From: Leucoraja ocellata
Lineage: Eukaryota
Assembly: GCA_036785375.1 (NCBI GenBank)
Contig: JAWMAR010000085.1
Coordinates: 1,426,001 to 1,490,000 of the forward strand
Direction of reading: 5' to 3'
Length of the DNA: 64,000 nt
A model generated the notes under the pieces. It was not told the DNA's origin and did no database searches. It saw only the letters and a program-made list of their open reading frames with translations. Position 1 is the first letter of the stretch. Every line of letters starts with the position of its first letter. The position numbers and the translations under genes were made by a program. Of the stretch, positions 50,849-63,733 are shown in pieces.

Positions 50849-52750
50849 GGTAGTGTAGTCTGGCGCGTTGATCTCTACAAAGCTGAGGCCATGCGCCAAT
50901 TCTCAGACACCTCCTCCTACTTATCCCTGGACCATGACCCCACTGACGAGCATCCGGCCACTATCTCTAGCACCATCACGGACTTCATCAAATCCTGCTC
51001 CCTGCCCCCCCAAGCCTCCAACCTCCTTGTTCCCGAGCCCCGCACGGCCAGATTATTCCTACTCCCCAAACACCTGACTGTCCTGGTAGACCTATTGTCT
51101 CTGCCTGTTCATGCCCTACCGAACATACTTCCACATACCTCGACTCCATCCTATTCCCCCTGGTTAAATCCCTCCCTACCTATGTTCAAGACACCTCAGA
51201 CACTCTCCGTCGTCTCCGGGCATTCCATTCTCTAGGTCCCTCACCCCCTCATCTTCACCATGGACGTCCATCTACACCTACACCTCCATCCCCCACCAGG
51301 ATGGTCTCAAAGCCCTCCGGTTCTTCCTCGACTGGAGAACCAACCAACACCCATCCACTGATACTCTCCTCCGCCTAGCAGAGTTGGTCCTTACCCTTAA
51401 TAACTTTTCGTTTGACTACGCCCATTTCCTCCAAACACAAGGCGTAGCTCTGGGAACGCGCATGGGTCCCAGCTATGCCTGCCTCTTTGTAGGGTACGTC
51501 GAACAATCTTTGTTCGAGACGTATCAGGACCCCATCCCCGAACTCTACCTCCGCTACATCGATTGCATTGGTGCTACCTCCTGCACCCACACACAACTCA
51601 CTAACTTCATCAACTTTGCACTAACTTCCATCCGGCACTCAAATACACTTGGACCATTTCCGCCAGTTCACTACCATTTCTTGAGCTCACTATCTCCATC
51701 GCAGGTGACCGACATCCACTATAAACCCACTGACTCCCATGGCTATCTAGACTACACTTCTTCCCAACCTGCTTCCTGTAAGGACTCCATCCCCTACTCC
51801 AAACTACTCCGTCCACAGCAGGGCATCGGAAATGTCCTCATTCTTCAGGGAACGGGGGTTCCCCTCCCCTACCATAGATGAGGCTCTCACCAAGGTCTAT
51901 TCAATACCCTGCAACACTGTTCTCTCTCCCCATCCCCCCACTCGGAACAAGGGCAGAGTCCTCCTCGTCCTCACCTTCCACCCCACCAGCCGTCACATAC
52001 AACAAATAGTTCTCTGTCATTTTTGCCACCTCCAACGTGACCCCACCACTCGCCACATCTTCCCATCTGCCTCCCAGTCTGCTTCCCGCAAAGACCGCTC
52101 CCTCCATAACTCAAATTCTTCCCTTCCCACCCGCACCACCCCCTCCCCGGGCACTTTCCCTTGCAACTGCAAGAGATGCTACACATTTTACATCCCCCCT
52201 CGACTCCATTCAAGGACCTAAGCAGTCGTTCTCCAACCTCATCTTTTGCATTTGCTGCTCTAGATGTCAGCTGATCTACATCGGTGAGACCAACCGTAGG
52301 CTTGGCGATCGTTTCGCCGAACACCTCCGCTCGGTCCGCATTAACCAACCTGATCTCCCGGTGGCTCAGCACTTCAACTCCTCCTCCCATTCCGAATCTG
52401 ACCTTTCCGTCCTGGGCCTCCTCCATTGCCAGAGTGAGCACCACCGGAAATTGGAGGCGCAGCACCTCATATTCTGCTTGGGCAGTCTGCACCCCAGCGG
52501 CCTGAACATTGACTTCTCCAATTTCCGGTTGCCCTTGCTGTCTCCTCCCCTTCTCAGCTCTCCCTCAGCCCTCTGGCTCCTCCTCTTCCTTTCTTCTTCC
52601 CGGCCCCCCACCCTGCATCAGTCTGAAGAAGGGTTTCGGCATGAAACGTTGCCTATTTCCTTCGCTCCATAGATGCTGCCGCACCCGCTGAGTTTCTCCA
52701 GCATTTTTGTCTACCTTCGATTTTCCAGCATCTGCAGTTCCTTCTTCAAC
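50849..52750 (+). mobile_element. Penelope-like element (RT + GIY-YIG), 5'-truncated and degenerate
   Basis: GVALGTRMGPSYACLFVG, LRYID, YKPTDSH.YL (PLE RT); NLIFCICCSRCQLIYIGETNRRLGDRFAEHLRS (GIY-YIG with CCHH residues); terminal repeat carrying a hammerhead-like core at 52623-52650. Confidence 0.9.
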
Positions 52751-53620
52751 ATTTCTTCAACATTTTATCTCTATTTTATCCAGCAGTTTTACTTTAAAAA
52801 CAGTCCAGAACGGCTAATCTGTTCATTTTTGCCAGATTCAGTTCCAAGTATCTTTTTAGTTTAGTTTAGACATACAGCGAGGAAACAGGCTCTTCAGCAC
52901 ACCGGGTCTGCGCCAACCAGCGATCTCCGCATATTAACACTATCCTAACACACTAAGGACAATTTTTTGTTTACAATTACCAAGCCACTTTTACCTACAT
53001 ACTTGTACGTCTTTGGAGTGTGGGACGAAAACAAAAATCCCAGTCATGGGGAGAACGTACAGACAGCACCCGTAGTCGGGATTGAATCCGGGTCTCCAGC
53101 CCTGCAAGCGCTGTTAGGCAGCAACTCTACCGCTGCAATAATTGTCAAGTTATAAGTATTCATCAATTAAATGCAATTCGTGAATGCTGCCATTTTTGGT
53201 TGCATTTAACAGCTGTTTGTTTGTTGTCCCCACTATTTACTGAGGAACACACGTTGTTTTAAGTGGTTACTTAACTATGCACCTGAAAATGACTGCATGA
53301 AGGCAGGAGGCCCCTGAACCTGCAAAATTGGTTCATTTTGATTGCACTTGGTAATTGTGATGTTGTTAAAAATATCACAGCTTGATTCCATTTAACAACA
53401 TGATGAATGTGTTCATCGCTATGTTTGAAAACTCAAGGGGTAAAAATTCTCGTTTGGCTGCTCACACCAAATGGCATTATATCCTGCTTTGCTCCCCTCC
53501 TGAATTTTTGCCTCATTGATGTCAATGTTGGGCAGTTGGTCAATATTGATCGCAGCTAATGCCCCAGAAGAAATTAAAATCTTTTATATTTTAATAATTG
53601 CAGAGTTTATTTTAGCACTT

Positions 53621-53806
53621 GTAGAATCAAAGATGCAGGTTAATACACGAGAGAACACAAAGTGATGGAGTAACGCAGCAGGTCAGGCAGCATCACTGAA
53701 GAACATGGATGGGTGACGTTTCAGGTCGAGCTGACACATCACCCATCCATATTCTCCAACGGTGCTGCCTGACCTGCTGAGTTACTCCAGCACGTGGTGT
53801 CCTATC
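53621..53806. mobile_element. Fold-back Penelope-terminus mini-element adjacent to the TM exon donor
   Basis: Inverted arms; ATTTTAGCACTT duplicated at 53609-53620 and 53807-53818. Confidence 0.82.
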
Positions 53807-53820
53807 ATTTTAGCACTTAC

Positions 53821-53904
53821 CTAGTGTCCTTCTTTTTCTCTTGATGGCCCATATCATCAGGATCACCATCCCAAGAGCTGTGGCTGATGCACATATTATT
53901 AAAA
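53821..53904 (-). CDS. CD200R-like receptor, transmembrane exon (ILIICASATALGMVILMIWAIKRKRRTL)
   Basis: 84-nt phase 1-1 exon, polypyrimidine-CAG acceptor, GTAAGT donor; uncharged TM followed by KRKRR. Confidence 0.88.
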
Positions 53905-55620
53905 CTGATATAAAAAAAAGAAAATTATAGATAAAATGTTTGCACGCTAGTTCTGGTCTTAATTGACTGATATCCATTTACACGATGCATAATGTTTATT
54001 ATCACGCCTTGATGAGCAAGCAGCATATTTTTTAAGGGTGTAATTTTTCAATATATATTTATGCTCGTTCCAATTATTCGTGTGAAGAAATGATCTACAA
54101 GAGTCGCTGCCTCACAAAGGCAGCCTTGATCATCAGACCCACACCACTCTGGCCACTCTCTCATTTCACTCCTGCCGTACAGGAGTCTGAAAACTGTCAA
54201 TGTTGGACAGGTTCATGAGCAGCTTCTTCCCGACAACCCTCAGGCCATTAAACAATACAACCTCCAAATAAGCTCCGAACTACATAGACTTGGGGGCAAT
54301 ATTTTGTGTCTTTGCACTATTATTGCCCTTATTTTATATATATGAATATGAACATAAGCTAGCCAAGAATATGAAAGAGGATACCAAAAGTGTTTTCAGA
54401 TATATAAAGAGTGAAAAAGAAGTCAGTGGGCAGTAGACTGCTGAAAAAAGACTGGAGAAGTTCTAATCGGGAAAAAGGAAATGGCAGACAAACTGAATAT
54501 ATTTTTTTGTGTCAATTTTCACAGTGGAGGCACCAGCAACATGCCTGAAATTCAAGACATTCAGGGCAGAAGTGAGTACAGTCGTTATTACGAAGGAGAA
54601 GGTGCTTGGGCAACTGGTAGAGCTGCTGTCATACAGTGCCAGAGGCCCAGGTTCGATCCTTACTTCGGGTGCTGTCTGTGTAGAATTTACACGTTCTCCC
54701 TGTGAATGGGTGGGTTTCCCCTGGGTGATCCAGTTTCCTCCCACAAGTATGGGTTTGTAGGTTAATTGGCCTTTGTAAATTGCCCCTTCTTTGTTAAAAG
54801 TGAATATAATATGAGATACATAGAACTGATGTGAACAGGTGATCAATAGTTGGCATGGACTTGGTGGGCCGAAGGGCCTGTTTCAATGCTGTAGCTTTCA
54901 ATCAATCAATCAAAATTTTATTAGAGCACAGCTAGTTCTGGAGAGCAGGTCTTCAATTCTATTTTTGGGATATTATCTTTTCCCATAGCTTTTGCTGTAC
55001 CTAGTTCACCCAGTCATTACTTGTTATCATGTGGAGTGAATGGTGATTCCTACCTGATTCTGTTTTATTGATAATGCTCTCCAAAAAAATTATCAATAAG
55101 ACCAAAATGAGGGGCTGCAAACCTATCCTTTCGTTAACATATTTGTTTTTCCTGTGCTTCAGATTTAGTCCTTTAATATTTATTGCTGAAATTATCCTGA
55201 CAGGCGACATATTTTGGAATTCAACAGTTAGGACAAATTTAGACTTTAGAGATTCAGTGCAGAAACAGGCCCTTTGGGCCACCAAATCCGTGACAACCAA
55301 TGATCATCCCATACACTAGCTCTATCCTACACACTAAGGCCTATTTTACAATTTTTACTGAAGCCAATTAACCTACACATCTGCAGGTCTTTGGAGTGTG
55401 GGAGGAAACCATAACACCCTGAGAGAACCCATGTGGTCACAGGGATAACATATAAACTCCATACAGCCACCACCTGTAGTCAGGATCGAAGCTGAGCCTC
55501 TGGCGCTGTGCGGCAGCAACTCTACCGCTGCACCACTCTGTCGCCCGAATTAGAACATACATTTCAGAAATGGTTGTGCTTAAACTAATATAAAGACACA
55601 TTCCTGTGAATCTGACTTAC

Positions 55621-55671
55621 TGTACAATAATTGCACCGACATCAATCCAGTCTTGTCCTCAATATCTAAAC
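55621..55671 (-). CDS. CD200R-like receptor, stalk exon (GLDIEDKTGLMSVQLLY)
   Basis: 51-nt open phase 1-1 exon, TGTTCAACAG acceptor, GTAAGT donor. Confidence 0.78.
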
Positions 55672-56262
55672 CTGTTGAACAGATATAAAACATAAGACTA
55701 AAATAATGCTTATAGTTATTCAAAAATCATTTTTTTTAAAACATACTTCATGATGTGCTAAAAATGATGGTAAAAAAACCTGAAAATATGGAAAAGAGAA
55801 GTATGTTAAAAAATACTAATAGGTTTATGAGATTTCAAATGTAAAACTAGTATTTTGGGAAAAGTCTTGCATCACATAGCATAAAATATCAAAACAGAGC
55901 TTCACATAACCTGTTGCAGATGTGCCTTGTGAGTTTAATTGGTTAAATAAATTAAGTAGCATTGCAGCAAAGTTAAAATGAAATAGAAAATCACTAGAAA
56001 TCCACTGTCGATACGTGTACACAATAAATACTTTACTGTTATTTATCTCATAAAACATTTACATTAGTAAGACGCTAAAGAAGACGATAGTTTCTTCCAA
56101 ATGGCTGCAGACGGCTATATTGCCTCTTAAATTTATATCTTATTCATTATATCATTTGTAGAAAATCTGTTATCTGTGTCATAAAAATGCATAACGCAGA
56201 GCAAACCATTACAATTTTCACAAGCACGAAGCTTAAATTGTGAGGTTAAATTACAAACATAC

Positions 56263-56532
56263 CAAGGTAAATGGTGTGGTTTTGCACTTCGTTAAATGCT
56301 GGGTGGTTTATGATACAGATTTGCTCTTCCTCGATGAAGTTGTTAGCGGTGATGAGCTGGCTCTCCACGGACACTGTGCCATCATCATTATTAGTCAACG
56401 TGTATGTGCAATTCCCAACAATATTTTCTTTCCAGGCAATAGTTGCTGCTGGTTTACCCTTCAAAGCAATGCATCGAATCTTCTTCTTGCCATTTGGTAA
56501 GAAACTGATATTCAGAGCGATGACTGGTGGGG
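56263..56532 (-). CDS. CD200R-like (CD200R/nectin family) receptor, membrane-proximal IgC exon
   Basis: 270-nt phase 1-1 exon (TTACAG / GTATGT). PPVIALN...IRCIALKGKPAATIAW..IVGNC...DDGTVSVES...ICIINHP resembles the CxAxxGKPAAxIxW / GxC / NGTVTVxS pattern recalled for CD200R domain 2. Confidence 0.88.
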
Positions 56533-57640
56533 CTGTAACGATACAGTTCTTTTTTAGAATGATGAGCTTGGTCCAGCAAATGTACATTTATGGAGGTTCT
56601 GATATTCAACACAGTAACTGGTGGGACTATTTTTATTGTTTATTTTTTATTAGCAGTAAGTACAATATAAGTACCTGATGCATAATAAGATATTACAGTT
56701 CATGTACAACTTCTTATTTCAAATTTAACAGAATAGAACAGAAAGTGGGACCATAATGATAATATTTTTTAGAATATTGAGCTATGTCTGGCAAATGAAA
56801 AGACTCAAAATGCTGGAGTAACTTCAGACAAGAAGGTGCTGACCTGAAATGTCACCTGTCCATGTTCTCCAGAGTTGCTACCTGACCTACTGAGTTACTC
56901 CAACACTTTGTGTCTTTCCTTGGTAAACCAGCATCTGCAGTCTTTAGTCTTTAGACATTAAACTTTAAAGATGGAGCGTGCAAACAGACCCTTCAGCCTA
57001 CCTAGCCTGACTAGCAATCACCCCGTACACTAACACTATCCTACACACTAAGGACAATTTACAATTTTACCAAAGCCATTTAACCTACACACATGTACGT
57101 CTTTAGAATGTGGGAGGAAACCAGAGGACTCAGAGAAAAAGTCCACATGGTCACAGGGAGAATGTACAAACTCTGTACGGACAGCATAGGCAGGATCAAA
57201 CCCGGGTCTCTACCACTGTAAAGCAGCAACTCTACCACTGTGTCACCCCAGTCAGTACCCTTCTTCAGACTTCTTCAAATGGAAAGACACAAAATGCTGG
57301 GAGTAACTTCAGACAAGAAGGGTTCCGACCCGAAACGTCACCTGTCCACTTTCTCCAGAGATACTGCCTGACTCGTTGAGTTACTCCTGCACATTGTGTC
57401 TATCTTTGGTATAAACCAGTATCTGCAGGCCCTTCTTATTACAGCATCTGCAGTTTCATGTTTCTACACCAGGTCTGGGCAAATGTACGTGGAGCTTCAG
57501 TTTGTTTTCTTAATTTGGATTGTAGGAAAGCCTGTAATTTCACGGTAAAGTCCAGATTATCGCAGACTTCAACCATGTAGAAGCATCTGAAATGGAGTAA
57601 GGATTTGAATTGAAACCTGGAAAGTGATGTTAATTAGAAA

Positions 57641-57860
57641 CATTTAGAAAGAACTGCACATGCTAGAAAAATTGAAGGTAGACAAAAATGCTGGAGAAAC
57701 TCAGCGGGTGAGGCAGCATCTATGAAGCGAAGGAATAGGTGACGTTTCGGGTCGAGACCCTTCTTCAGACTAAAGAAGGGTCTCGACCCAAAACGTCACC
57801 TATTCCTCTCTATAGATGCTGCCTCACCCGCTGAGTTTTCCCAGCATTTTTGTCTACCTC
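57641..57860. mobile_element. Fold-back mini-element made of two inverted Penelope termini
   Basis: Arms are reverse complements centred near 57770; TAATTAGAAA duplicated at 57631-57640 and 57861-57870. Confidence 0.85.
57738..57771 (-). ncRNA. Minimal hammerhead ribozyme motif
   Basis: AGT-CTGAAGA-A-GGGTCTCGACCC-GAAAC-GTC-ACC: CUGANGA and GAAA boxes, helix II, palindromic ACGU helix III, GUC cleavage triplet. Confidence 0.7.
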
Positions 57861-58199
57861 TAATTAGAAATATGATATTTCATAAAAGTTATAAGAAAAT
57901 GCAGGCCAATGCAGATAAACATCTATTAATTCCAAATGTTATAACAGCATTTGGAAGGCACTAGAAAATATGAAACTGAACCATCCCCTCACCAATTAGA
58001 GAACAATTCTGACCTTGTACTAAACATTATACTCTTTATCGTGTATCTCACACTGTGAACAGCCTGATTATAATCATGTAGTCTTTTCGCTGACTGGATA
58101 TTACGCAACAAAACGCTTTTTACTGTACTTTGGTACAGGTGACAATAATACACTAAACTAAACCAAGAAAATGTCTTAATTATACTATTGTTCATTGTT

Positions 58200-58634
58200 T
58201 AAGAAGGAACTGCAGATGCTGGAAAATCGAAGGTACACAAAAATGCTGGAGAAACTCAGCGGGTGCAGCAGCATCTATGGAGCGAAGGAATTAGGCAACG
58301 TTTCGGGCCGAAACCCTTCTTCAGACTGATGGGGGGGGGGGGGGTGCGGGAGAAGAAAGGAAAAAGGAGGAGGAGCCCGAGGCCTGGGGGATGGGAGGAG
58401 ACAGCCCGAGGGCTGAGGAAGGGGAGGAGACAGCAAGGGCTAACAAAATTGGGAGAATTCAATGTTCATGCCTGCAGGATGCAGACTCCCCAAGTGGAAT
58501 ATGAGGTGCTGTTCCTCCAATTTCCGGTGTTGCTCGCTCTGGCCATGGAGGAGACCCAGGACAGAGAGGTTGGATACGGAATGGGAGGGGGAGTTGAAGT
58601 GCTGAGCCACCGGGAGGTAAGGTTGGTTATTGTG
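58200..58634 (-). mobile_element. Penelope-like 3' fragment
   Basis: LPVAQHFNSPSH...KLEEQHLIFHLGSLHPAGMN plus terminal repeat. Confidence 0.88.
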
Positions 58635-58821
58635 GACAATAACAATGTCTTCATTTGTCCTATTTAGAACTCCCATTATCTTAATTACTGAAAAAAATTG
58701 GAATCGGGGAAACAGACCCAATGTTACTATGGTGTTCTTGTTTCAAATTCTAGATCATTAACTGAATTTAAATTTCAGAAACCATATGCACTTCTAAGTA
58801 GAGAAGAGCAGTATGCTGTGT

Positions 58822-59310
58822 TGGAAGGAACTGCAGATGCTGGTTTAAACTGAAGACAGACACAAAATGCTGGAATAACTCAGCGGGACAGGCAGCATCT
58901 CTGAAGAGATGGAATGGGTGATGTTTTGGGTTGAGACACTTCTTCGGACTGATATCAGGGGAGAGTGAGATACATAGATAAGCAAGTGTAAGGTAAGAAA
59001 ACTGGACAAAGTGAATGAAGATCAATTAGATCATTGTTAGCTGGGAGAAGGTAACAACTCGAGATCAAATGTAGTCGGAGACAGTAAGACTGGTCAGAGA
59101 ACTGGAAAGGGGGAGGGATGGAGCGAGAGGGAAAGCAAGTGTTATTTGAAGTTAGAGAAGTCAATGTTCATACTGCTGGGGTATAAGCTACCGAAGCAAA
59201 ATATGAAGTGCTGTTCCTCCAATTTGCGCTGGGCCTCACTCTGATAATGGAGGAGGCTCAGGACAGAAAGGTCAGTGTGGGGATGGGAGTGGGAGTATTT
59301 AGCAACCGGC
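58822..59310 (-). mobile_element. Penelope-like 3' fragment, second subfamily
   Basis: Same GIY-YIG C-terminus and terminal repeat type as 34637-35100. Confidence 0.8.
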
Positions 59311-62300
59311 AGTATGTTGATTGCATTGTATACAGCCTATCTCCCACAGATCATCCTTTGTGTGAAGCCTACACTAACGTTATGTGACCACGTGGTTCAC
59401 AGTCTCCCTGAGGCTTTACTGCCATGACTATTCCACAAGTTGGAACAGACCTCAGCCAGTAGATATTGAGGCCCAGTCACTGGATTGTTCCAATGGCCTA
59501 CTGACGGCTTGAGCTATCAAAGGACAATCAATAGTGAGCTATCAATATTACTATTTCTAAATGTCTCTCAATATAAGGATAGTTCTAAACATAGAAACAA
59601 AAATTAAAATAAGTGTATCTCTAAAGTCTAAAATAGTTTAAAACATGCATATTCACTTGAAAATGATTACTTGGTATACATTAAATAGCCTTGATATTGA
59701 TCAAACGAAAACACTTAGCTTCATCAACATTTGTATTGAAGGTTAGCAGTCACATTGGTACATGCACAAGCTATGGCAGCTGTAAATCTTAATCATATAT
59801 GAAGTGTGTCTGATGCCTCTACTCGGGTATTATCTTTCCAGCTGTTATCAGGCAACTGAACCATCCAACCAACAACTAGTCCAGAGCTACTATCTACCTC
59901 ATTGGACCCTTGGACTATCTTTGATCGGAATTTACTGGGCTTCATCTTGCACTAAATGTTATTCATGTTATTATCTTTACCATGTATCTATACACTGTGG
60001 ATGAATTAGTTTAGTTTACAGTCACCTGTACTGAGATACAGTGAAAAGCATTTTATTCTGTGCTAACCAGTCAGCAAAAAGACATTACATGATTACAATC
60101 GAGCCATCCACAGTGCACAAATACATGATAAAGGGAATAACGTTAAGTGCATGATAAAGTCTAGTAAAGTCCGATCAAAGATAGTCCGAGGGTCTCCAAT
60201 GAGGATGATTGTAATCGTGGATTGTCTTTCCGTTGACTTGTTAGCACGCAACAAAGCTTTTCTTTGTATCTCGGTACATGTGACAATAAACTAAACTAAA
60301 CTATTGAAATACCTTTGGACTGTATGGACCATCCAGTTGGATATCAGTGCAATCTTTGCCTCGACCCCCATTGTCATGGAAATAAGGGAACCTTCTGTCA
60401 TGTATCACCCAGATTGAATAGGAAGTGCATTCCATATGTGTGAGGCATGTGATGGGAACTTGGCAGACCTCTGTGAAGTTTATCTTAATATTTCCATCAA
60501 TGCACTACAGGGTCAATGTTTTTTTTAAATTATCACATAGAGTCATAGAATCATACAACATGGAAACAGACCCTTCGGCCTAACTTGCCCATGCCAACCA
60601 GCATGCCCCATCTAGACTAGTCCCACCTGCCGGCATTTGGCAAGTATCCCTCTAAACCTATCTGCAGTTCTTTCTAAAGCATCTGTAGTTCTTTCTTAAA
60701 CTCTAAACCTATCTTATCTATGAACATCTAGTCACAGGTACTGAGGTACAGTGACATTATTTTTTTGTCTACAGTTCAGTAAATTATTACTGGGGTCTCT
60801 CTTTTGCTGGCTAAATGCTATTATGTTTTCTCTGGTATAATCTGGAAATAATATTTATCTAGGCCTTTCCAAGTACAAGTTGTATTCTGGACAGAAAGTA
60901 GGACAATATAGAATTAACATTGAGCATGCTAATCTCATGCAAGCAGAGGTATGCATATCATTTAGCTGTGTAAGTTACTGTGATAAAGGGAAGTGTGCTG
61001 ACAAGGCAAAATATTGTCACCATGCAAAGGTGAGCCTTATAGGAAAAGATGATGAAGGCACAAGGGCTTCAACCCCATTACTAAGAAATCCCGTGTGATT
61101 TAATAAAACCTAATTTTCAATTTAAAATGCTGATCCAGTTTCAGCGTTATGAGCTTAATGCCTTGTGCTTTTTTTTGGCATGAGAAAATATAAATCATCA
61201 TTATATTATTCAAGCAATGTTTAGATTGTTGATTTTTCAAAGTAAAACTTGCTATGTAGTTTACACTATCAAAATAATCCAAGTCAAATAAAAACAGAAA
61301 AATTCTTTAAATATTTCAGAAGGACCTTATTTCTTACTTATTCATTTTTCAGAACCTGAGCATTACTATCAAAATCAACATTTATTGTTCGTCCTTAATT
61401 GGCCTTCAATTGAGCAGCTTGTGGATTCATTTCACATGACATTTAAGAGTTAATCACATTATTGAGTATGGATACACAGACAGGCCAAACTGTGGAAGGA
61501 GCAGATCTCTTCCTGAAGAACAATAGAGAACCTGATGAGTTATTGTAATAATCCAGTCCTTTTGTGATAATCATCACCAGTGACTACCGGTAGTTTTTGT
61601 TTTAAATTCCAGATCATTAAAGTTAATTTAAATTCCACTGTTGCTACGGTGGGATTGAACAGGGATTCTAGTTTGTTAGTTCAGGCCTCTGAGATAGTTG
61701 TTAATGTTATTAATGTTGCAATGTTATTAATGTTATTAATGTTAATGTTATTAATGTTAGACATACTGTGCACTGTTCCCTTATGGACAGCTATTGTTAC
61801 AGAGATAGGAAAGCTTAACAAGATGTACATTTTGTGTAATATTGTTTCTGGAAAGGTTATGTGGCATTTATGGGAATTAGACTGAAGCTTGTGCTGAAAT
61901 GTAAACCAGCCTTGTGACACTGAGGCCCGGGAGCCTGAATGTAATTAAAGATACTGACAGCTGAACTAGAAATCAATAGCAAGAGAAATCTGACAGCCCA
62001 ATTCATCAGATCCATTAGCTAAGGTTGTGATAATTCCCTCTGCATTTAAATTCATGCAAACTGCTACTCAGAGGTCCATGTTGTGACACTGCCTAGACAG
62101 GAATGCAGGTGGTAAGGATTCAACCTGGCTTTAGATGTGGAGTTTTTGATTGATTGGGAAGAGTACATTTCAAGACCTTTGCTTATAGATAAACAGACTG
62201 CTGCAATACAGTCTGGCATTTGCAATGTGCCTTAACTGTGTGCAGAACACACTCAGCCTCACAATTAATTAAATACGATAGGTTCACCAGCTTGATTGAT

Positions 62301-63733
62301 TGATTTATTGATAGAAAGATACAGCATGGAAACAGGCCCTTTGGCCCACCGAGTCCACGCCGACCATCGATCACCTATTGGCACCAGTTCTATTGTATTC
62401 CACTTTCGCATCCAATCCCTACAGACAAAGAGCAATATTACAGAAACCAATTAACCTACAAACCTGCATGTCTTTGGAATGTGGGAGGAAACCAGGGGAC
62501 CCAGAGTTATTGCTGATTTATATCACCAGAGAATCTGGTTTGATCCTGACTACGAGTGCTGCCTGTACGGAGTTTGTACGTTCTCCCCGTGACCACATGG
62601 GTTTTCACCGAGTGTTTTGTCTTCCTCCCACACTCCAAGACATACAAGTTTGTAGACTAATTGGGTTTGGTAAAAATTAGAAATTGTCCCTCGTGTGTAG
62701 GATAGTGCTAGTGTACTGGTTGATCGCTGGTCCAGAGGGCCGAAGGGCTTGTTTCCAAGTTGTGTCTCTAAAACTAAAAGATCCAGGCCAGATTCCTGAA
62801 GAGTAAAATTTTGATCAAATATTGGGTGGAAGAAAGGGGAATGTATGGGGAGAGGTGCAGTACAACCTGGTTGAATCACAGAACTGTTCTGAAGAGCCAC
62901 GTGTCCATTCTCCCACATCAATGACTTTCATCAGTTACAACACGTGACCTATCTGATGTTTTGGTGACCGCCCTCTAGATTTCTGATCCATAGCACAATT
63001 GCCAGGAAAGTTACAGATATGTTTGTTAAAGTAAAAGAAATATCAGTCCGTACAGACAGCATAGAAACAGGTCCTTCAGCCCAACTTGCCCACGCTGAAC
63101 AACATGTCTCACTGTACTCGTTTGATTTCTCTGCATTTGGCCCATATCCCTCTAAAGCAATCCTACCCTTGAACCTGTCCAAATGTGTTTTTTGAATGCT
63201 GTGATGGTACCTGCCTCAACTATCTCCCCTAACACCTGATTCCAGATACCTACAAACTTTGTGTAAAAAAGTTGCTCCTCAAATTCCTATTAAATATTTC
63301 CTCCCTCAATTATTGCTCTTTGTCAGTAGGGATTGGATGCGAAAGTGGAATAAAATCGAACTGGTGCGAATAGGTGATCGATGGTCAGCATGGATTCAGT
63401 GGACCAAAGGGCCTGTTTCCATGTTGTATCTTTCTATCAATAAATCAATCAATCAAGCTGGTGAAACTATCATATTTAATTAATCCTCCCTCAATTTAAA
63501 CCTACTGTATGTCCTCTAGTTCTTGATTCCTCTATCCCGGGCAGAAGACTCTGTGCATTTACGCAATCTATTCCTCTCATGATCTTGTGCAGACTATATG
63601 ATCATCCCTCATCTCCCACCACTCCCAGTTGTGCTTGATTAAGGAGACATTTCTTAAAATATAATTACTTACTAAATGTTCACACCCTTTGATGTATGCA
63701 ATATTCCACCGTTTTGATGAAAAGGTTACATAC

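Noticed and set aside
56600-63700. IgV exon of the CD200R-like gene
   Set aside because: No minus-strand frame with V-set C/W/YxC residues was found; it is presumably beyond the window.
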